Shown one piece after another: positions 57,446 to 64,000 of a stretch of DNA of 64,000 nt. Made by a program: the position numbers and the translations under genes. The notes under the pieces were generated by a model that saw only the letters and a list, made by a program, of their open reading frames with translations, made no database searches and was not told where the DNA came from. The stretch's first letter is position 1, and each line of letters opens with the position of its first letter. The stretch is from the human T2T-CHM13v2.0 reference genome, Homo sapiens, in assembly GCF_009914755.1 (NCBI RefSeq), contig NC_060939.1; one strand, given 5' to 3'.

Positions 57446-60400
57446 TTGATGCCATTCCATTCAATTCTGTTCTACTCGACTCCAATACATTCAATTCCAT
57501 TCCATCCGATTCCATTACATTCTTTTCATTTCTTATCCATTTCAAGCCATTCCACTCCATTCCATTCCACTCGTTTCCTTTCAATTCGAGTCCATTCCTC
57601 TCCAGTCCATTCCGTTCAATCCATTCCATTCCAGTCCATTCCATTCGAGTCCGTTCCATTCCAGTCCATTCCATTCGAGTCAATTCCATTCCATTCGATG
57701 TCTTTCCATAACGATCCATTCCATTCTATTCCTTTCGATTCCATTCCATTCTATTTCATTCCATTCGATTCCCTTCCATTGGACTCCTTTCCATTCGAGT
57801 GCATTCGATTCCGTTCCATTTCTTTCCGTTCTGTACGATTCCTACCGTTCGATTTCATTTTGTTCCAGTCCATTCCTTTCGCGTCCATTCCATTCCATTT
57901 CACTCCATTCGATTCCATTCCACTCGATTCCACTTCGTTCCATTTCATTGCATTCCATTCTATTCAACTCTATTGCCTTCCATTCCATTCCATTCGATTA
58001 CATTCCATGCGATTCCATTCGAAATCGAATCAATTACATTGCAATCCATTACTATTGAGTCCGTTTTATTCCAGTCCACTGCATTCTGGTCCATTCCATT
58101 TGATTCCATTCCATTTTATTCCATTCCATACAGTTGCATTCCATTGGATTCCATGCTATATCTATAAATTCAATTCGAGACCATTGCTTTTGAGTCCATT
58201 CTATATGATTCCATTCCATTCAAGTCCATTATATTTGGTTCAATTCCATTCCATTCCATTCCCTTCCATTCCATTCCAGTTGATATCAATCCATTCGATT
58301 CCATTCCATTCGAGCACATTCCATTCGAGTCCATTCCATTCGATGCCATTCCATTTGATTCTATTCCATTAGTCTCCATTCAATTCCATTAATCTCCATT
58401 CCATTCCATTCTACTCCAACTGATTCCATTCCATTCTATTCCTTTCCATTCCATTTCATTCCATTCCATTCCATTTCATTCCATTCCATTCCATTTCATT
58501 CCATTCCATTCCATTCGCTTCCATTCCATTCGTGTCCATTCCACTCCAGTCCATTCCATTCGTATCCATTCCATTCCAGTCCATTCCATTTGTGTCCAGT
58601 GCATTCCATTCCACTCCATTCCATATTATTCCATTACACTCCATTCCATTCTATTACTTTCATTTCCATTCAATTCCATTCCATTTGATTCCATTCCACT
58701 CGGGTTCATTCCATTTGAGTCCACTACATTCCATTCCATTCCATTCCATTCAGTTCCATTCCATTCTGTTCCATTCCATTCCGTTCCATTGCATTCCATT
58801 CCATTCGGTACCATTCCATATTGTTCCATTCGATTCCATTCGAATCCATTCCATTCCAGTCCATTCCATTCGATTCCATTCCATTCCTTTCAATTCCATT
58901 CCATTCCATTCCCTTCCACTTGATTCCACTCCATTCCCTTCCACTGCATTCCATTCGATTCCATTCCATTGCATTGCATTCCATTCCATTGGACTGCATT
59001 CCATTCGATTCCATTCCATTCGAATCAATTACATAGCAATCCATTACATTCGAGTCTATTCTATTCCGTTCCATTCGATTTCGTTCCAATCCATTCGATT
59101 CCATTCCATTCGATTCCATTCCATACTATTGCATTCCATTCGATTACATTATATTCGAATAAGTTCCATTCAAGACCATTTCTTTTGAGTCCATTCTATT
59201 TGAGTCCATTCCCTTTGATTCCATAACATTTGAGTCCATTCAATTCCATTCCTTTCGTTTCCATTCCATTTGATGCCATTCCATTCAATTCTGTTCTACT
59301 CGACTCCAATACATTCAATTCCATTCCATCCGATTCCATTACATTCTTTTCATTTCTTATCCATTTCAAGCCATTCCACTCCATTCCATTCCACTCGTTT
59401 CCTTTCCATTCGAGTCCATTCCTCTCCAGTCCATTCCGTTCAATCCATTCCATTCCAGTCCATTCCATTCGAGTCCGTTCCATTCCAGTCCAATCCATTC
59501 GAGTCAATTCCATCCCATTCGATGTCTTTCCATAACGATCCATTCCATTCTATTCCTTTCGATTCCATTCCATTCTATTTCATTCCATTCGATTCCCTTC
59601 CATTGGACTCCTTTCCATTCGAGTGCATTCCATTCCGTTCCATTTCTTTCCGTTCTGTACGATTCCTACCGTTCGATTTCATTTTGTTCCAGTCCATTCC
59701 TTTCGCGTCCATTCCATTCCATTTCACTCCATTCGATTCCATTCCACTCGATTCCACTTCGTTCCATTTCATTGCATTCCATTCTATTCAACTCTATTGC
59801 CTTCCATTCCATTCCATTCGATTACATTCCATGCGATTCCATTCGAAATCGAATCAATTACATTGCAATCCATTACTATTGAGTCCATTTTATTCCAGTC
59901 CACTGCATTCTGGTCCATTCCATTTGATTCCATTCCATTCTATTCCATTCCATACAGTTGCATTCCATTGGATTCCATTCTATATCTATAAATTCAATTC
60001 GAGACCATTGCTTTTGAATCCATTCTATATGATTCCATTCCATTCAAGTCCATTACATTTAGTTCAATTCCATTCCATTCCATTCCCTTCCATTCCATTC
60101 CAGTTGATATCAATCCATTCGATTCCATTCCATTCGAGCACATTCCATTCGAGTCCATTCCATTCGATGCCATTCCATTTGATTCTATTCCATTAGTCTC
60201 CATTCAATTCCATTAATCTCCATTCCATTCCACTCTACTCCAACTGATTCCATTCCATTCTATTCCTTTCCATTCCATTTCATTCCATTCCATTCCATTC
60301 CATTCCATTCCATTCGCTTCCATTCCATTCGTGTCCATTCCACTCCAGTCCATTCCATTCGTGTCCATTCCATTCCAGTCCATTCCATTTGTGTCCACTG

Positions 60401-63400
60401 CATTCCATTCCACTCCATTCCATATTATTCCATTCCACTCCATTCCATTCTATTACTTTCATTTCCATTCAATTCCGTTCCATTTGATTCCATTCCACTC
60501 GGTTTCGTTCCATTTGAGTCCACTCCATTCCATTCCATTCCATTCCATTCAGTTCCATTCCATTCTGTTCCATTCCATTCCGTTCCATTGCATTCCATTC
60601 CATTCGGTACCATTCCATATTGTTCCATTCGATTCCATTCGAATCCATTCCATTCCAGTCCATTCCATTCGATTCCATTCCATTCCTTTCAATTCCATTC
60701 CATTCCATTCCATTCCACTTGATTCCACTCCATTCCCTTCCACTGCATTCCATTCGATTCCATTCCATTGCATTGCATTCCATTCCATTGGACTGCATTC
60801 CATTCGATTCCATTCCATTCGAATCAATTACATAGCAATCCATTACATTCGGGTCTATTCTATTCCGTTCCATTTGATTTCATTCCAATCCATTCGATTC
60901 CATTCCATACTATTGCATTCCATTCTACTACATTATATTCCAATAAGTTCCATTCAAGACCATTTCTTTTGAGTCCATTCTATTTGAGTCCATTCTATTT
61001 GAATCCATTCCCTTTGATTCCATAACATTTGAGTCCATTCAATTCCATTCCTTTCGTTTCCATTCCATTTGATGCCATTCCATTCAATTCTGTTCTACTC
61101 GACTCCAATACATTCAATTCCATTCCATCCGATTCCATTACATTCTTTTCATTTCTTATCCATTTCAAGCCATTCCACTCCATTCCATTCCACTCGTTTC
61201 CTTTCCATTCGAGTCCATTCCTCTCCAGTCCATTCCGTTCAATCCATTCCATTCCAGTCCATTCCATTCGAGTCCGTTCCATTCCAGTCCATTCCATTCG
61301 AGTCAATTCCATTCCATTCGATGTCTTTCCATAACGATCCATTCCATTCTATTCCTTTCGATTCCATTCCATTCTATTTCATTCCATTCGATTCCCTTCC
61401 ATTGGACTCCTTTCCATTCGAGTGCATTCCATTCCGTTCCATTTCTTTCCGTTCTGTACGATTCCTACCGTTCGATTTCATTTTGTTCCAGTCCATTCCT
61501 TTCGCGTCCATTCCATTCCATTTCACTCCATTCGATTCCATTCCACTCGATTCCACTTCGTTCCATTTCATTGCATTCCATTCTATTCAACTCTATTGCC
61601 TTCCATTCCATTCCATTCGATTACATTCCATGCGATTCCATTCGAAATCGAATCAATTACATTGCAATCCATTACTATTGAGTCCGTTTTATTCCAGTCC
61701 ACTGCATTCTGGTCCATTCCATTTGATTCCATTCCATTTTATTCCATTCCATACAGTTGCATTCCATTGGATTCCATGCTATATCTATAAATTCAATTCG
61801 AGACCATTGCTTTTGAGTCCATTCTATATGATTCCATTCCATTCAAGTCCATTACTTTTGGTTCAATTCCATTCCATTCCATTCCCTTCCATTCCATTCC
61901 AGTTGATATCAATCCATTCGATTCCATTCCATTCGAGCACATTCCATTCGAGTCCATTCCATTCGATGCCATTCCATTTGATTCTATTCCATTAGTCTCC
62001 ATTCAATTCCATTAATCTCCATTCCATTCCATTCTACTCCAACTGATTCCATTCCATTCTATTCCTTTCCATTCCATTTCATTCCATTCCATTCCATTTC
62101 ATTCCATTCCGTTCCATTCGTGTCCATTCCACTCCAGTCCATTCCATTCGTGTCCATTCCATTCCAGTCCATTCCATTTGTGTCCACTGCATTCCATTCC
62201 ACTCCATTCCATATTATTCCATTATACTCCATTCCATTCTATTACTTTCATTTCCATTCAATTCCATTCCATTTGATTCCATTCCACTCGGTTTCATTCC
62301 ATTTGAGTCCACTCCATTCCATTCCATTCCATTCCATTCCATTCAGTTCCATTCCATTCTGTTCCATTCCATTCCGTTCCATTACATTCCATTCCATTCG
62401 GTACCATTCCATATTGTTCCATTCGATTCCATTCGAATCCATTCCATTCCAGTCCATTCCATTCGATTCCATTCCATTCATTTCAATTCCATTCCATTCC
62501 ATTCCATTACATTCCACTTGATTCCTCTCCATTCCCTTCCACTGCATTCCGTTCGATTCCATTCCATTGCATTGCATTCCATTCCATTGGATTGCATTCC
62601 ATTCGATTCCATTCCATTCGAATCAATTACATAGCAATCCATTACATTCGAGTCTATTCTATTCAGTTCCATTCGATTTCGTTCCAATCCATTCGATTCC
62701 ATTCCATTCGATTCTATTCCATACTATTGCATTCCATTCTATTACATTATATTCGAATAAGTTCCATTCAAGACCATTTCTTTTGAGTCCATTCTATTTG
62801 AGTCCATTCCCTTTGATTCCATAACATTTGAGTCCATTCAATTCCATTCCTTTCGTTCCCATTCCATTTGATGCCATTCCATTCAATTCTGTTCTACTCG
62901 ACTCCAATACATTCAATTCCATTCCATCCGATTCCATTACATTCTTTTCATTTCTTATCCATTTCAAGCCATTCCACTCCATTCCATTCCACTCGTTTCC
63001 TTTCCATTCGAGTCCATTCCTCTCCAGTCCATTCCGTTCAATCCATTCCATTCCAGTCCATTCCATTCGAGTCCGTTCCATTCCAGTCCACTCCATTCGA
63101 GTCAATTCCATCCCATTCGATGTCTTTCCATAACGATCCATTCCATTCTATTCCTTTCGATTCCATTCCATTCTATTTCATTCCATTCGATTCCCTTCCA
63201 TTGGACTCCTTTCCATTCGAGTGCATTCCATTCCGTTCCATTTCTTACCGTTCTGTACGATTCCTACCGTTCGATTTCATTTTGTTCCAGTCCATTCCTT
63301 TCGCGTCCATTCCATTCCATTTCACTCCATTCGATTCCATTCCACTCGATTCCACTTCGTTCCATTTCATTGCATTCCATTCTATTCAACTCTATTGCCT

Positions 63401-64000
63401 TCCATTCCATTCCATTCGATTACATTCCATGCGATTCCATTCGAAATCGAATCAATTACATTGCAATCCATTACTATTGAGTCCATTTTATTCCAGTCCA
63501 CTGCATTCTGGTCCATTCCATTTGATTCCATTCCATTCTATTCCATTCCATACAGTTGCATTCCATTGGATTCCATTCTATATCTATAAATTCAATTCCA
63601 GACCATTGCTTTTGAATCCATTCTATATGATTCCATTCCATTCAAGTCCATTACATTTGGTTCAATTCCATTCCATTCCATTCCCTTCCATTCCATTCCA
63701 GTTGATATCAATCCATTCGATTCCATTCCATTCGAGCACATTCCATTTGAGTCCATTCCATTCGATGCCATTCCATTTGATTCTATTCCATTAGTCTCCA
63801 TTCAATTCCATTAATCTCCATTCCATTCCATTCTACTCCAACTGATTCCATTCCATTCTATTCCTTTCCATTCCATTTCATTCCATTCCATTCCATTTCA
63901 TTCCATTCCATTCCATTCGCTTCCATTCCATTCGTGTCCATTCCACTCCAGTCCATTCCATTCGTGTCCATTCCATTCCAGTCCATTCCATTTGTGTCCA

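Larger units (their letters stand above)
1779..62867 (+). repeat. 34 complete tandem copies of a ~1.8-kb higher-order unit (plus partial copies at both ends); likely the chr15p 1.8-kb KpnI family (D15Z1-type)
   Basis: The anchor TTGATGCCATT recurs at 1779, 3553, 5362, 7146, 8930, 10739, 12528, 14347, 16161, 17970, 19784, 21568, 23352, 25146, 26920, 28724, 30512, 32300, 34099, 35868, 37682, 39471, 41280, 43089, 44888, 46682, 48471, 50270, 52059, 53858, 55647, 57446, 59270, 61069, 62868 (spacing 1769-1824). One GGTACC per unit (e.g. 1316, 3085). The periodicity is certain; the D15Z1 identity rests on the known 1.8-kb KpnI satIII repeat of chr15 and needs an alignment. Confidence 0.85.
1..64000 (+). 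repeat. Human Satellite III (HSat3) array, diverged (CATTC)n/(GAATG)n, pyrimidine-rich strand on +
   Basis: Seen: continuous CATTC pentamers with variants (GATTC, CAGTC, GAGTC, CGTTC, CATTG) from base 1 to 64000, no orientation switch and no non-satellite insert. Known: long CATTC runs, without the CATTCGATTC/ATGATG-dominated pattern of HSat2, are diagnostic of HSat3. Confidence 0.98.

Noticed and set aside
1779-63794. Recurrent 308-aa ORF (MMPFHSILFY...) open in most units, and all other + strand HSIPF-rich ORFs
   Set aside because: CATTC repeats have no stop codon in any frame, so long ORFs are expected. The product is low-complexity poly-HSIPF with no recognisable domain, many starts are TTG/GTG or weak-context ATG, and copies are broken by a stop (25727) or frameshifts (~28775, ~31282). 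Recurrence reflects repeat homogenisation, not coding selection.
699-63801. Minus-strand MEWNG-repeat ORFs
   Set aside because: These are direct translations of (GAATG)n, where ATG occurs every 5 bp. They resemble spurious 'hypothetical proteins' derived from human satellite contamination and are not supported as genes.
1-64000. CRISPR-like or other prokaryotic repeat-spacer system
   Set aside because: There are no unique spacers and no cas or other genes; the intervals between landmarks are themselves near-identical satellite.
1-64000. Assignment to HSat2 (chr1 1.77-kb unit), DYZ1 (Yq) or alpha satellite
   Set aside because: Long pure CATTC runs and lack of the ATGATG-rich HSat2 pattern argue against HSat2. 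The base period is 1.8 kb with no per-unit EcoRI site, unlike DYZ1. There is no 171-bp monomer or CENP-B box.
1-64000. Embedded Alu/L1 insertion, inversion or array boundary
   Set aside because: All 34 anchor intervals are 1769-1824 bp in the same orientation, leaving no room for an insertion; no poly-A tail or strand switch was seen.

Overview
The whole 64-kb window is one uninterrupted, single-orientation array of human-type Satellite III (HSat3). It is built from diverged (CATTC)n pentamers on the + strand and (GAATG)n on the - strand, organised into about 35.6 tandem copies of a ~1.8-kb higher-order unit. Unit length is 1769-1824 bp (mean ~1797 bp over 34 intervals, measured from the recurring ORF-track anchor). 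Almost every unit carries one KpnI site (GGTACC), which matches the classical 1.8-kb KpnI satellite III family of chromosome 15p (D15Z1); that chromosomal assignment is inferred, not proven. I see no genes, RNA genes, transposon insertions, inversions or unique spacers. All ORFs are by-products of a pentamer that has no stop codon (poly-HSIPF / poly-MEWNG). The reportable structure is internal to the array: an older two-part homology inside each unit, one length-variable hotspot per unit, fixed register breaks, nascent 3.6-kb dimers, long-range block duplications (offsets 8,959, 12,558, 14,422 and 26,945 bp), recombinant units and a diverged island. The array is also very dense in TEAD-type CATTCC motifs. 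I found no evidence for a novel protein-coding system.
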